Source: Archaeoglobus fulgidus DSM 4304 (GTDB taxonomy: Archaea; Halobacteriota; Archaeoglobi; Archaeoglobales; Archaeoglobaceae). From it: DNA of 32,000 nucleotides. A program made the position numbers and the translations under genes. The DNA is taken from the NCBI RefSeq assembly GCF_000008665.1, contig NC_000917.1:1980001-2012000 (forward strand). The letters are read 5' to 3'. The notes below the pieces were generated by a model. It was not told the DNA's origin, did not search any database, and was given only the letters and a program-made list of their open reading frames with translations. This document shows, in pieces, positions 17,366-26,986 of the stretch (the first letter of the stretch is position 1; each line of letters opens with the position of its first letter).

Positions 17366-19591
17366 ATGATGAGACAGGGTGGTGTTATGGTTGGAGCAAG
17401 GAAAAGGTGGATTACGGACTGGTGGCCCAACAGGCTGAACCTGAAAATTCTGAGACAGAACCTCCAGAATCCCTACGGGGAGGATTACGATTACGTCGAG
17501 GAGGTTGAGAATCTCGATATCGATGCTGTCATCAGGGATTTGAAGGAGCTGATGAGAAGCTCTCAGGACTGGTGGCCGGCTGACTTCGGCCATTACGGCC
17601 CTTTGTTCATCCGCCTTGCGTGGCATAGCGCGGGCAGCTACCGCATTTTTGATGGCAGAGGTGGGGCGAGGGACGGGAGCATCCGCTTTCCGCCCCGCAT
17701 AAACTGGCCGGACAACATAAACCTCGACAAGGCGATAAGGCTGCTCTGGCCGATAAAGAAGAAGTACGGCAGAAAGCTGTCTTGGGCGGATCTGATTATC
17801 CTTGCGGGCACAGTTGCAATGGAGGACATGGGAGTGAAGCTTTTCGGCTTCGCACTGGGCAGGGAGGACATCTTTGAGCCTGACGAGAGCCCCGACTGGG
17901 GGCCGGAGGAGGAGATGCTTACAGCAAAGAGAGGGGAGAAGGAGGAGCTTGAGAGACCTTTTGCAGCTACCGAGATGGGCCTGATTTACGTAAACCCTGA
18001 AGGGCCCGGCGGAAATCCAGATCCGCTTGGCTCGGCTCAGGAGATTAGGGTTGCCTTCCGCAGGATGGGGATGAACGACGAGGAGACTGTAGCACTTATC
18101 GCCGGAGGGCATGCCTTCGGAAAGTGTCATGGCGCTGGACCCGCTGATTATCTTGGGCCAGACCCAAGCTCCTCTCCCATTGAAATGCAGGGGCTCGGAT
18201 GGAAGTACAACTACGGCAAGGGAAAGGGCTCTGACACCTTCACTTCTGGTCTTGAGGTTACTTGGTCGCCCACGCCCACAAAGTTCGGCATAAACTACCT
18301 CAGAATTCTCTTCACCTACGAGTGGGAGCTGGAGAAGAGCCCAGCAGGGAAAAACCAGTGGGTTGCCAAGGACGCTCCAGAAATCATTCCCGATGCTCAT
18401 GATCCAAACAAAAAGCACAGGCCGAGAATGCTAACCGCTGACTTAGCCCTCCGCTTCGACCCAGAGTTCTCGAAAATTGCGAGGAGATTTCTCGAAAATC
18501 CTGAGGAATTTGAAAAGGCATTCGCCATCGCGTGGTACAAGCTCACCCACAGAGACATGGGTCCAAAGGACTGCTACATTGGCAAGTACGTGCCGGAGGA
18601 GACCTTTGTGTGGCAGGACCCGTTGCCAAGGAGAGATTACGAGCTCGTTGACGAAAAGGACGTGGAGGAGCTGAAGAGGAGGATTCTTGCGTCGGGGCTC
18701 AGCTTAAGCCAGCTCGTTTACTTTGCGTGGGCCTCAGCATCAACCTACCGCAACTCGGACAGGAGAGGAGGGGCCAACGGGGCGAGAATCAGGCTTAAGC
18801 CGATGAGTGTGTGGGAGGTAAACCATCCGGAAGAGCTTAAGAAGGTTATTGCTGCATACGAGAAAATTCAGCAGGAGTTCAACGAGGGGGCGAAGGGGAG
18901 TGAGAAGAGAATTTCAATCGCCGACCTCATTGTCCTTGGAGGTATTGCAGCTGTTGAGGAGGCGGCAAGGAGGGCGGGATTCAGCGTTAAGGTTCCATTC
19001 ATTCCCGGCAGAGTGGATGCGCAGCAAGAGCACGTTGACGAGGAATTCTACAGAGTCATTGAGCCCTTCGCCGATGGCTTCAGGAACTACTTCAGGTATC
19101 CAGAGAGAATCAATGAAAGGGACGTTTACACAACTCCCGAGTACTTCCTCGTCGATAAGGCGAACCTGCTAACCCTCACAGTTCCCGAAATGGTGGTGCT
19201 GATTGGGGGTATGAGGGCTCTTGGAGCAAACTACAGCCACTCTGACTACGGTGTCCTTACCGAAAGGCCCGGAGTGCTGAGCAACGACTTCTTCGTCAAC
19301 CTTCTGGACATGTCCGTAGAGTGGAGGGCTGCTGACGACTACAGGTACACCTTCGAAGGCTACGATAGGAAGAGCGGAGAGCTGAGGTGGAGGGCAACGA
19401 GGGTTGATTTAATCTTAGGCCATCACGACGAGCTGAGGGCTGTGGCAGAGGTTTACGGTTGCGATGATGCAAAGGAGAAGTTCGTGAAGGACTTCGCTGC
19501 AGTGTGTGCAAAGGTTATGCACCTCGACCGCTTTGATTTGTGGAGAAGCAACAGGAAGCTGTATAAGGAGATAACCGCAGGTTTGAGGTGA
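17366..19591 (+). CDS. katG: bifunctional catalase-peroxidase KatG
   Basis: The 741 aa translation is a duplicated class-I peroxidase fold. It has the distal-site block [11 protein letters not shown] and the proximal block [16 protein letters not shown]. The true start may be the ATG at 17387 (MVGARKRW), given the TATA-like element at 17344-17351. Confidence 0.95.
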
Positions 19592-19595
19592 AAGA

Positions 19596-19799
19596 ATGGA
19601 GAGGGTTGACGAGCTCGTTGAGAGGGAGTGCATTTGCAGGGACTGCTCAACCTACGTTGCGGAGGAAAGCAAGACTGGCTTCTGCTACTTCGGAACAAGT
19701 GAGGTAATAAAAGATGAGAAGGGCTGTCTCTGCCCCCTCTGCAAGGTTGCGGCCGTGATGGAACTCAAAGGGGAGTTTTACTGCACGAGAGGCTCTTAA
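19596..19799 (+). CDS. small cysteine-rich protein (67 aa), DUF2769-like
   Basis: The Cys pattern is CICRDCSTY...FCYFG...CLCPLCKV...YCTRG. The start lies 4 nt after the katG stop, with AGGTGA overlapping that stop. Confidence 0.6.
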
Positions 19800-19804
19800 A
19801 AGCT

Positions 19805-20794
19805 ATGAAAAGAAGGGATTTCCTCATAACATCCGCAGCAGCCCTCTCTTTTTTACTTTCAGGCTGTGCCATCGGTGATAGAGTGGTGGAAGAACCACTA
19901 ACGCCTAAATCCAATCCTCCAAGAAAATCAGTCGTTTACGTTCTCAAAACCGAGAGAAGGGAAGAGGCTGTCAGCAAGCTCATGCAGAACTTCTCTGACT
20001 TTGAGGGTTCAACCGTTGGATTAAAGGCCAACTACAACAGCGCCGATCCTTTTCCCGCATCAACCCATCCAAAGACGCTCTCAGCAATCGTTGATGTTCT
20101 GAAGGAGCAGAAGGCAGAGGTATTCATGGCAGAGAGGAGCGGGATGGGAAACACTTCAGCGGTGCTGAAAACCATGGGCATTCTGGACTTGGCCAGAGAG
20201 AAGGGCTTTACAGTTATCGACCTCGACAGCTACGACGGCTGGGTTCTTCACCAGCCAGAAGACAGCCACTGGAAAAAAGGCTATCCCTTCGCAGACATCT
20301 TCCTGACCGTTGACTCTGTAATACAGACATGCTGCCTCAAGACGCATCGCTTTGGAGGGCACTTCACCATGTCTCTCAAGAACAGCGTTGGAATGGTGGC
20401 GAGGAGGTGGAAGGGGCACGACTACATGTCAGAGCTCCACACCTCGCCCCACATGAGAAAGATGATTGCCGAGATAAACGTATCCTACTCCCCCAAAATC
20501 GTAATCATGGATGCCATAAAGGGCTTCTCGCATGGTGGGCCTGAGAGAGGAACGGTCATTGAGCCGGGATTGATGATTGCCAGCAACGACAGAGTTGCCA
20601 TCGATGCAGTTGGTGTGGCCATTCTCAGAATCCACGGCACAACTCCGGAAGTTTCCAAGGGAAGTGTTTTCGAACAGGAGCAGATAGCAAGGGCGATTGA
20701 AATTGGTCTCTCCTCAGGTGAGTTTGAGATTATTCCAGCCAATGACGATGCAGAGAAAATCTGCTCGGAAATTGAGGCTGTGCTCTGGGGCTGA
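19805..20794 (+). CDS. DUF362 domain protein with a Tat-like signal and lipobox (predicted exported lipoprotein)
   Basis: The N-terminus MKRRDFLITSAAALSFLLSGC has a twin-arginine motif and a lipobox Cys. The body matches my memory of DUF362 blocks (LKANYN, STHP, CLKTHRFGGHFTMSLKNSVG, IMDAIKGFSHGGPERG, ASNDRVAIDAVG). It starts 5 nt after the upstream stop. Confidence 0.7.
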   Translation: MKRRDFLITSAAALSFLLSGCAIGDRVVEEPLTPKSNPPRKSVVYVLKTERREEAVSKLMQNFSDFEGSTVGLKANYNSADPFPASTHPKTLSAIVDVLKEQKAEVFMAERSGMGNTSAVLKTMGILDLAREKGFTVIDLDSYDGWVLHQPEDSHWKKGYPFADIFLTVDSVIQTCCLKTHRFGGHFTMSLKNSVGMVARRWKGHDYMSELHTSPHMRKMIAEINVSYSPKIVIMDAIKGFSHGGPERGTVIEPGLMIASNDRVAIDAVGVAILRIHGTTPEVSKGSVFEQEQIARAIEIGLSSGEFEIIPANDDAEKICSEIEAVLWG

Positions 20795-20851
20795 TTGAAC
20801 AAGGGTTGAGCGAAAAACCAATAAACCGGCAATTCGAATAACTCTTGTGAG

Positions 20852-21487
20852 CTAAATCCACTCCATCAAACCTGCAAAGACTATCAGGAGTACGGCGTCA
20901 ATCGCCAGAATTCCAAAGCTAACTGCGGCCTGCTTTTCTACCAAATCCATATCGTAAACCCAGTAGGCAACGAGGAAGAAAGGCAGATAGCCGATCAGAA
21001 ATATCAGGAGTGGCATCTTGGCATTCCACCACCAGTACTCCCAGACAAGAACATTGGCGGCATTCAGAATAATTTCAACGACGACACATGCTGCAGACAG
21101 CACAATGGCATAGAAGATTCTGTTGTTAATGCCGAAAATCTTCGCTTTCCTGTCTTCAGGCAAAAGCTTTGTTGCTGCTACACCCATGATTGCGAACATC
21201 ATGCTTATCTCAATGTTGAGACCTATCAAAATCAGGTAAGCGGTTTTTCCTGGGGCCATCCAAACAGCAGCGTAGTTTGTGAAGTGGAAAACGAGGGCAT
21301 TCCATATCTCGTTGAACCAATCCATCCCCCAGAAGGCAAGTCCAGCGAATACAGCCCTGTAATTTTTCTGATGAATTTCGCTGGCGTAGATGTAAATCAC
21401 TACCAGCAGAAGGGTTATTACATACCATTGAAACTGGGATGCATCCCTCAATATTGCCAAGGCCTCGTTTGCTGCTTGCGTTGGCAT
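20852..21487 (-). CDS. hypothetical integral membrane protein (211 aa, about 6 TM, Trp-rich)
   Basis: This is a long ORF with repeated hydrophobic helices and W-rich loops (WEYWWWN). No family was recognised. Confidence 0.55.
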   Translation of the reverse strand: MPTQAANEALAILRDASQFQWYVITLLLVVIYIYASEIHQKNYRAVFAGLAFWGMDWFNEIWNALVFHFTNYAAVWMAPGKTAYLILIGLNIEISMMFAIMGVAATKLLPEDRKAKIFGINNRIFYAIVLSAACVVVEIILNAANVLVWEYWWWNAKMPLLIFLIGYLPFFLVAYWVYDMDLVEKQAAVSFGILAIDAVLLIVFAGLMEWI

Positions 21488-21570
21488 GTCACTAATTTTA
21501 TCCTTAATATTTAAATCTTTCCTTTAATATTTCTTCGAAACAAATTTCTATCCACCCACAAATTGATACC

Positions 21571-22116
21571 ATGTACTTCATAACGTCCAACGAGGGAAAG
21601 TTCAGGGAAGTAAGAGAGATGGCCTCAAAGTACGGAATCGAGATAGAGTGGCTGAAGATGGAGTACATTGAGCCGCAGGGAAGCAGTCTGGAGGAGATTG
21701 CAAGGCTTAGTGCTGAGATGCTGGCTGAGAAGGTGGAGGGGGAGTTCGTAATTGAGGACAGCGGTCTGTTCGTTGAGGCTTTGAAGGGCTTTCCCGGGCC
21801 CTACTCAAGCTACGTTTTCAAAACCATCGGCAACGAGGGGATTCTTAAGCTCATGGAAGGCGTTGAGAACAGAAAAGCCTACTTCATGGCTGTCGTAGCC
21901 TACTTTGACGGCAAGGAGGTGAGAACCTTCACCGGCAAGGTGGAGGGGGAAATCTCCAGAGAAATGCGGGGAACTCAGGGCTTCGGCTACGACCCCATCT
22001 TCCTCTACGGCAATAAAACCTTCGCAGAAATGGCAACCGAGGAGAAGAACCAAGTTTCCCACAGAAGAAAGGCCTTCGAGGAGTTTTTCAGATGGCTTAA
22101 GGAGAATAAAATTTAA
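21571..22116 (+). CDS. rdgB: non-canonical purine NTP pyrophosphatase (ITPase, Ham1/RdgB family)
   Basis: The 181 aa translation has the blocks [38 protein letters not shown] and SHRRKAF. Confidence 0.88.
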
Positions 22117-22121
22117 AAAAT

Positions 22122-23768
22122 TTATTCTTCAGAATCCTCCTCTCCTCCGCTCTCTCCCTCTGGTCCCTTCTCCTTCTCCAGTCCCTTTGCAGCAATGACG
22201 TCGTCGATTCTCAGAATCATTATTGCCACTTCTGTAGCGCTTGTGATTGCCTGAGTCTTGACCTTCAGCGGCTCAAGGACTCCCCTCTCCTTCATGCAGG
22301 CTACTTCTCCGCTGAACACATCCACACCGTAGGTGGTCTTGCCCTCTTCATGGGCCTTTCTCAGCTCGACAAGAATGTCGATTGGGTCAAGCCCTGAGTT
22401 CTCGGCGAGGGCCCTTGGAATAACCTCTAAGGCTGATGCAAAGGCCTCAGCTGCCAGCTGCTCTCTTCCGCCAAGCGTTGGTGCCCAGTCTCTTATCTTG
22501 AGGGCAACCTCTATTTCAGGTGCTCCACCACCAGCAACGACCTTACCGCTCTCGAGGGCGGTCTTGACGACCTTGATGGCATCCTGCAAGCTCCTCTCGA
22601 CCTCATCCACAACGTGCTCGCTGCCGCCCCTGATCAGTATCGTCACGGCCTTGGGGTTCTTGCAGCCCTCGATGAAGACCATCTTCTCGTCGCCAACCTT
22701 CCTCTCCTCAACAAGCTCCGCTTCTCCGAGATCTGCTGAGGTTATCTCCCTCAGGTCGGTTATGATTTTCGCTCCACACGCCTTTGCAATCTTCTCGATA
22801 TCGCTCTGCTTGACTCTCCTCACTGCAAGGATTCCAGCCTTTGCGAGGTAGTACTGGGCAAGGTCATCAATGCCCTTCTGGCAGAAGACAACGTTGGCTC
22901 CAGCCTCTGCAAGCCTGTCGACCATCTCTTTGAGCATCTTCTCCTCCTGCTCGATGAACTTCATCAGCTGGTCTGGGTCGGTGATTCTGATTTCAGCATC
23001 CGTCTCGGTCTCCTTGACCTCAAGGGCAGCCTTCAGAACTGCAATTTTCGCATTCTTCACTCTCTTGGGCATTCCCGGATGCACTACCTCCTTGTCGATG
23101 ACGATGCCGTTAACGAGCTTTGTGTCTGCAACACTGCCTCCCTGCCTCTTCTCCAGCTTTATGTTGTCCTCGTCAACCTTGTAGCGGTCATCGACCTTCT
23201 CTGCAACCCTCTTCACAGCCTCAACAACGAGGCTGCTCAGGTGGTCCAGCGCATATTCTGAGTGCTTTCCAGTTATGGCAGTTGCGGCAATCTTCTTGAG
23301 GGTCTCCTCGTCCTCAACGTCGATGTCCATTGCTATGCTCTCCAGAATCTCAACCGCCTTGTTTGCGGCCATTCTGTAACCTCTGGCAATCACCGTCGGA
23401 TGAATGTCCTGATCAAGAAGCTCCTCTGCCTTCTTCAGCAGCTCTCCCGCAAGAACTACAGCAGTTGTGGTGCCGTCACCGACCTCATTGTCCTGGGTCT
23501 TTGCAACCTCAATGATCATCTTCGCTGCTGGATGCTCAACGTCCATCTCCTTAAGGATTGTCACACCATCGTTTGTAATCACCACATCTCCAAGGCTGTC
23601 AACGAGCATTTTGTCCATTCCCTTCGGCCCAAGGGTGCTCTTCACTGCCTCGGCAATCACACGAGCGGCCATTATGTTCATCCTCTGGGCATCTCTTCCA
23701 ACGGTTCTCTGAGTTCCCTCCTTCAGTATCAAAACCGGTGTCCCCTGCAGTGTGGCCATCCCACTCAC
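22122..23768 (-). CDS. ths: thermosome subunit (group II chaperonin)
   Basis: The 548 aa translation has [10 protein letters not shown], the ATP-site [14 protein letters not shown] and an acidic Gly/Glu C-terminal tail. Confidence 0.95.
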   Translation of the reverse strand: MSGMATLQGTPVLILKEGTQRTVGRDAQRMNIMAARVIAEAVKSTLGPKGMDKMLVDSLGDVVITNDGVTILKEMDVEHPAAKMIIEVAKTQDNEVGDGTTTAVVLAGELLKKAEELLDQDIHPTVIARGYRMAANKAVEILESIAMDIDVEDEETLKKIAATAITGKHSEYALDHLSSLVVEAVKRVAEKVDDRYKVDEDNIKLEKRQGGSVADTKLVNGIVIDKEVVHPGMPKRVKNAKIAVLKAALEVKETETDAEIRITDPDQLMKFIEQEEKMLKEMVDRLAEAGANVVFCQKGIDDLAQYYLAKAGILAVRRVKQSDIEKIAKACGAKIITDLREITSADLGEAELVEERKVGDEKMVFIEGCKNPKAVTILIRGGSEHVVDEVERSLQDAIKVVKTALESGKVVAGGGAPEIEVALKIRDWAPTLGGREQLAAEAFASALEVIPRALAENSGLDPIDILVELRKAHEEGKTTYGVDVFSGEVACMKERGVLEPLKVKTQAITSATEVAIMILRIDDVIAAKGLEKEKGPEGESGGEEDSEE

Positions 23769-23814
23769 CTCCCTCTTGCAAATATTGGTGGATTGAAATT
23801 TCTATATATATTTT
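23769..23814 (-). promoter_or_regulatory. thermosome promoter: TATA box AAAATATATATAGA (23801-23814, minus strand) plus SD GGAGGTGA near 23771-23778
   Basis: A strong AT box lies 33-46 nt upstream of the ATG. A consensus SD sits just upstream of the start. Confidence 0.5.
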
Positions 23815-23969
23815 ACGGTCAGGCTTTTTGAGCTCTGCGCGGTGGAAGGGTTGATTGAGGCTACATGGTTTTTGGGGAGGTTGAATTGAACGAATAGCTG
23901 CATGGAAACATTTAGCTGTAGCTGAACCAAATCCACAAAATTTTTTATAAAACAGACACAAATCCAAAT

Positions 23970-25040
23970 GTGCGCTACGCAATCTTCGACGAGTCGAATC
24001 TTGAAAGAGTGCTGAAAGCCATCGGAGAAGCTTCTCCGGAGTTTAGGAGATTCAGATACGTGGAACTGCTGGCGAAATCCGAAAAAGGTGTTGTTGGTAA
24101 ATACAGATCGCTCTACTTTCTCTTCTCCAAAGAGCCCTTTGAGCTTGACGTAGAGCCAATAGAGATTTTTGAAGTGGAAATAGAAAAAGATGACGGCAAT
24201 TTTCGGAGCTTCAGGTTTGGAAAGTACTCCCTGAGGGATAAGCTTCTTTTAGACTGCAATTTTAACGAGAAGCTGTTTTACGATTACCTTCCCGCGCTGC
24301 TGTGCGAAATCAGCTCGGCAAGGCTCCTCATCAAGGACTGCAACTTGAGGGCGAGCCATCTTGCGGAAAGGGAAAGCGAGATTGTGAAGGAGATTACGAA
24401 AATCTCGGAGGACGTTAAAACGCTCAGCATAGAGAAACTTGAGGAGCTATCCTTCGAGGTTTCGGCATTAAGGGCTTCTTTTTTCAGCAGCTACATGCTG
24501 TTCAAGGATGACGTTGAGGAAATTTTTTCCTCAATTGCAAGGGCGAGCAGCATCTCAAACTTTCTTGGTGGGTTGTTAAAGGAGCAGATTGACGAGCTCA
24601 GAAATCAGCTTGAGACAATAAGCTACTTCGAGTCGAGGTTCGAGCAAACCCTTTCGGGAGTCAGGGATGCGCTCGACGTCGTTCATCTTCGCCTCGAAAT
24701 GCTCAGGGGGAAGGAAAATCTTGAGCTGCAGAAGAGAACCTCGGCTTTGCAGGCTGCCGCGGCTGTAATTGAGTTTGTGGCGGTTTTTTACTACTCGATG
24801 AAAATCTGGGAGGCTTTTCTTCCCGTGACGGAGATGCCCCACTGGCTCTCGTTCTCTCTGCTTGCCGCGTTCACGTTTACCGTTGTGGTTTACACAGAAG
24901 CGCTCGGAGATTACATCAGGGAGAGGAAACCTTCATCAAAGCTCGTTCTGCTGACGCTGACCCTAGCCATTCTGGTTATCCTGATGGCCACTCTTCCTAC
25001 TCTTTTTTCAGCAGCCTCACAACTTTCAGGCGGTCATTGA
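23970..25040 (+). CDS. CorA-like architecture protein (soluble N-domain, long coiled coil, two C-terminal TM helices) with a degenerate pore motif
   Basis: The 356 aa ORF has a GTG start about 22 nt after a TTTTTTATAAAA box, so it is probably leaderless. The C-terminal segment VAVFYYSMKIWEAFLPVTEMPHW aligns by eye with the CorA segment FYGMNF..MPE..W, but GMN is replaced by SMK. Confidence 0.5.
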   Translation: MRYAIFDESNLERVLKAIGEASPEFRRFRYVELLAKSEKGVVGKYRSLYFLFSKEPFELDVEPIEIFEVEIEKDDGNFRSFRFGKYSLRDKLLLDCNFNEKLFYDYLPALLCEISSARLLIKDCNLRASHLAERESEIVKEITKISEDVKTLSIEKLEELSFEVSALRASFFSSYMLFKDDVEEIFSSIARASSISNFLGGLLKEQIDELRNQLETISYFESRFEQTLSGVRDALDVVHLRLEMLRGKENLELQKRTSALQAAAAVIEFVAVFYYSMKIWEAFLPVTEMPHWLSFSLLAAFTFTVVVYTEALGDYIRERKPSSKLVLLTLTLAILVILMATLPTLFSAASQLSGGH

Positions 25041-25188
25041 GGAGCTTTATGTGCTCCCTCTCCTGAGAGATGAGGAAATCAAGCAGTTCTGCAGTTTCCC
25101 TGTCGGCTTCTCTTTTCATTTCGGCGTAGGTCTCAATAGCCTCCCTCTCCATCTCAATGGCCTTTTGCAGAATCTCTTCGGGACTCAT
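24997..25188 (-). CDS. 63-aa two-helix ferritin-like (rubrerythrin-type half-domain) protein
   Basis: Counting from the internal ATG at 25188, the translation is MSPEEILQKAIEMEREAIETYAEMKREADRETAELLDFLISQEREHIKLLNDRL. It has an E-x6-Y motif in helix 1 and ExxH (EREH) in helix 2, about 30 residues apart. The upstream part of the track ORF is unlikely to be coding. It overlaps the convergent gene by 44 nt. Confidence 0.55.
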   Translation of the reverse strand: MSPEEILQKAIEMEREAIETYAEMKREADRETAELLDFLISQEREHIKLLNDRLKVVRLLKKE

Positions 25189-25219
25189 GTAGTTTGTGGT
25201 TTGAGAAAAAATAAATACT

Positions 25220-25594
25220 TCACGCTCTCTCCACAACCACACTCTCTCCGTCCGCAACGCCCTTAAGGCCTTCCATGCTGTTGACGATCCTCCCTATAAC
25301 GTTGACGGCACTTGCAGGCCTGATTTTATCGTCGCTTATCGGCGTTTTTCCGAAAAAGAGGCATATAGCTTTTCCAGGAATCCAGTACGCCACGTCTCCC
25401 AGCTCAACAACGTCCTTCGAATTCTCCTCCTTCTCAACCGCAACCTGCGTTGTGAAGTAAATCTCATCTCCCCACCTGTTGGCGGTGGACTTTATCGGCA
25501 GAGCATCGGCAATCGCCCTTACAGTCTCAGGCGCCCACTCCTCGTAAAGCTCAACTTCGCATTCCGCACTTTCGAATCTAATCCTCAACCTCAT
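25220..25594 (-). CDS. cyclophilin-like superfamily protein (TM1367/COG2164-type, uncharacterised)
   Basis: The 124 aa translation from the ATG at 25594 matches the family as I recall it (MRLRIRFESAECEVELYEEWAPETVRAI..GDVAYWIPGKAICLFFG). Its ATG overlaps the purB stop (ATGA). Confidence 0.6.
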   Translation of the reverse strand: MRLRIRFESAECEVELYEEWAPETVRAIADALPIKSTANRWGDEIYFTTQVAVEKEENSKDVVELGDVAYWIPGKAICLFFGKTPISDDKIRPASAVNVIGRIVNSMEGLKGVADGESVVVERA

Positions 25595-26925
25595 TTCAAC
25601 ACCTCGTTCACCCATCTCACAACCCTCTCGACCCTTTCCCTTGCAGTCCCCAGATAATTTTCAGGTTTCAGAATCTCCCTAAGCTCATCCTCTTTGAAGT
25701 ACTTCATAACTCTCTCGTCTTTCAAAAGCTCGTCAAGAAGCGATGAATTGTTCTCGTAAGCCCTCATCGCCGCCTGCCTGAGAATCTCGTGCGCCTCCTG
25801 CCTCCCCACCCCTCTTTTCGTCATCTCTATCATCACCGCCTCGCTCAGGTTGAGCCCCCTCTGCATCTCAAGATTCCTCCTGATGTTCTCGAGGTTGAGA
25901 CTAACGCTGGAAACAACCTTTATCATCTTCGTTAGAATGTGGTCCGCCAGAACCGTTGACTCAACAAGGGTTATCCTCTCCGCCGAGGAGTTTGTAAGGT
26001 CTCTCTCCTCCCACAGAATTGCCGACTGGTGCTGAGGCTCCACGAACCCCCTCACGACCCTCGCCAAGCCGCAAACATTCTCGCAGTCTATTGGGTTCCT
26101 TTTGTGGGGCATCGTGGAGCTTCCGACCTGCTTGGCCTCGAATTTTTCCATCAACTCTCCAACTTCAGCTCTTTGAAGGAGTCTGAAGTTCAGAGCAATC
26201 TTTTCGAGTGTTGCAGCAAGATTTGCGAGAAACTCGAGGTACTCGCAGTAGGAGTCCCTGGGTATTATCTGGCTTGAAATCAGAGCCGGTTTAAGGTTCA
26301 GCAGCCTCATAACCTCCTCCTCTATCTCGAAGCCGTCTTTGCCGAAGGCGGCCTGTGTTCCCACTGCCCCGCTCATCTGCCCTACGAGAAGCCTGTCCTT
26401 CATCTGCTGCAGCCTGATGTAGTGCCTTGCAACCTCAGCCGCCCACAGGGCGAATCTGAAGCCGTAGGTTGTGGGCAAAGCCGCCTGACCGTGAGTTCTG
26501 CCGAGGCAGACCACGTCCTTATATTCTAAGGCTTTGTCCGCAAGAACCTTCGCAAGGCGCTTTATTTTAACCTCGAGGATTTTCAAACTGTCCCTTAGCT
26601 GCAAAGCCGTTGCTGTGTCGATTATGTCGTTTGATGTGGCTCCGAAGTGAACCCACCTGCATCCGGTGGCCTCGGTAATGGCCTTTACCAGCGCCATTAT
26701 GTCGTGCTTTATCTCTGCCTCAATTTCCTTCACTCTCTCTGGTGTTACGCTGTAAGCCTTCTTTTTGGCCTCTTTGGCCTCCTCTTCGCTGAGGTATCCT
26801 TTTTTTGCAAGAGCGCGTAGAAGAGCCATTTCAACCCTTACCATCCTCTTGATCTTGCTATCCTCGCTCCAAATCCTCTTCATTTCGGGGGTGCCGTAGC
26901 GGTAATCGATGGGGTGAACTATCAT
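25591..26925 (-). CDS. purB: adenylosuccinate lyase
   Basis: The 444 aa translation belongs to the fumarase/aspartase superfamily. It has the signature GSSTMPHKRNP and the block HFGATSNDIIDTA. Confidence 0.93.
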   Translation of the reverse strand: MIVHPIDYRYGTPEMKRIWSEDSKIKRMVRVEMALLRALAKKGYLSEEEAKEAKKKAYSVTPERVKEIEAEIKHDIMALVKAITEATGCRWVHFGATSNDIIDTATALQLRDSLKILEVKIKRLAKVLADKALEYKDVVCLGRTHGQAALPTTYGFRFALWAAEVARHYIRLQQMKDRLLVGQMSGAVGTQAAFGKDGFEIEEEVMRLLNLKPALISSQIIPRDSYCEYLEFLANLAATLEKIALNFRLLQRAEVGELMEKFEAKQVGSSTMPHKRNPIDCENVCGLARVVRGFVEPQHQSAILWEERDLTNSSAERITLVESTVLADHILTKMIKVVSSVSLNLENIRRNLEMQRGLNLSEAVMIEMTKRGVGRQEAHEILRQAAMRAYENNSSLLDELLKDERVMKYFKEDELREILKPENYLGTARERVERVVRWVNEVLK

Positions 26926-26986
26926 GAAGCGAAGTTAACAGGGGGCGATAAAAGGTTACTCCTTTTCGTTAAAAAGAAAAAAGAGT

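Noticed and set aside
17366-17441. ATGATGA at the annotated katG start, followed about 70 nt later by several CTGA motifs, considered as a possible C/D-box RNA.
   Set aside because: The spacing is far too long and there is no internal C'/D' pair. The region is the 5' end of katG.
17360-18418. A 352-aa ORF on the minus strand, fully antisense to katG.
   Set aside because: It is a shadow ORF of a long, strongly biased coding region. The translation is Pro/Arg/Leu/Ser-rich low-complexity sequence with no recognisable motifs and no start context. katG on the opposite strand is unambiguous.
22333-23831. Plus-strand ORFs (172, 104 and 189 aa, among others) opposite the thermosome gene. Also the 127-aa minus-strand ORF at 23599-23982.
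   Set aside because: The plus-strand ORFs are Ser/Leu/Thr-rich antisense translations of the chaperonin gene. The 127-aa ORF is out of frame with the thermosome start and runs through its promoter. None has independent signals.
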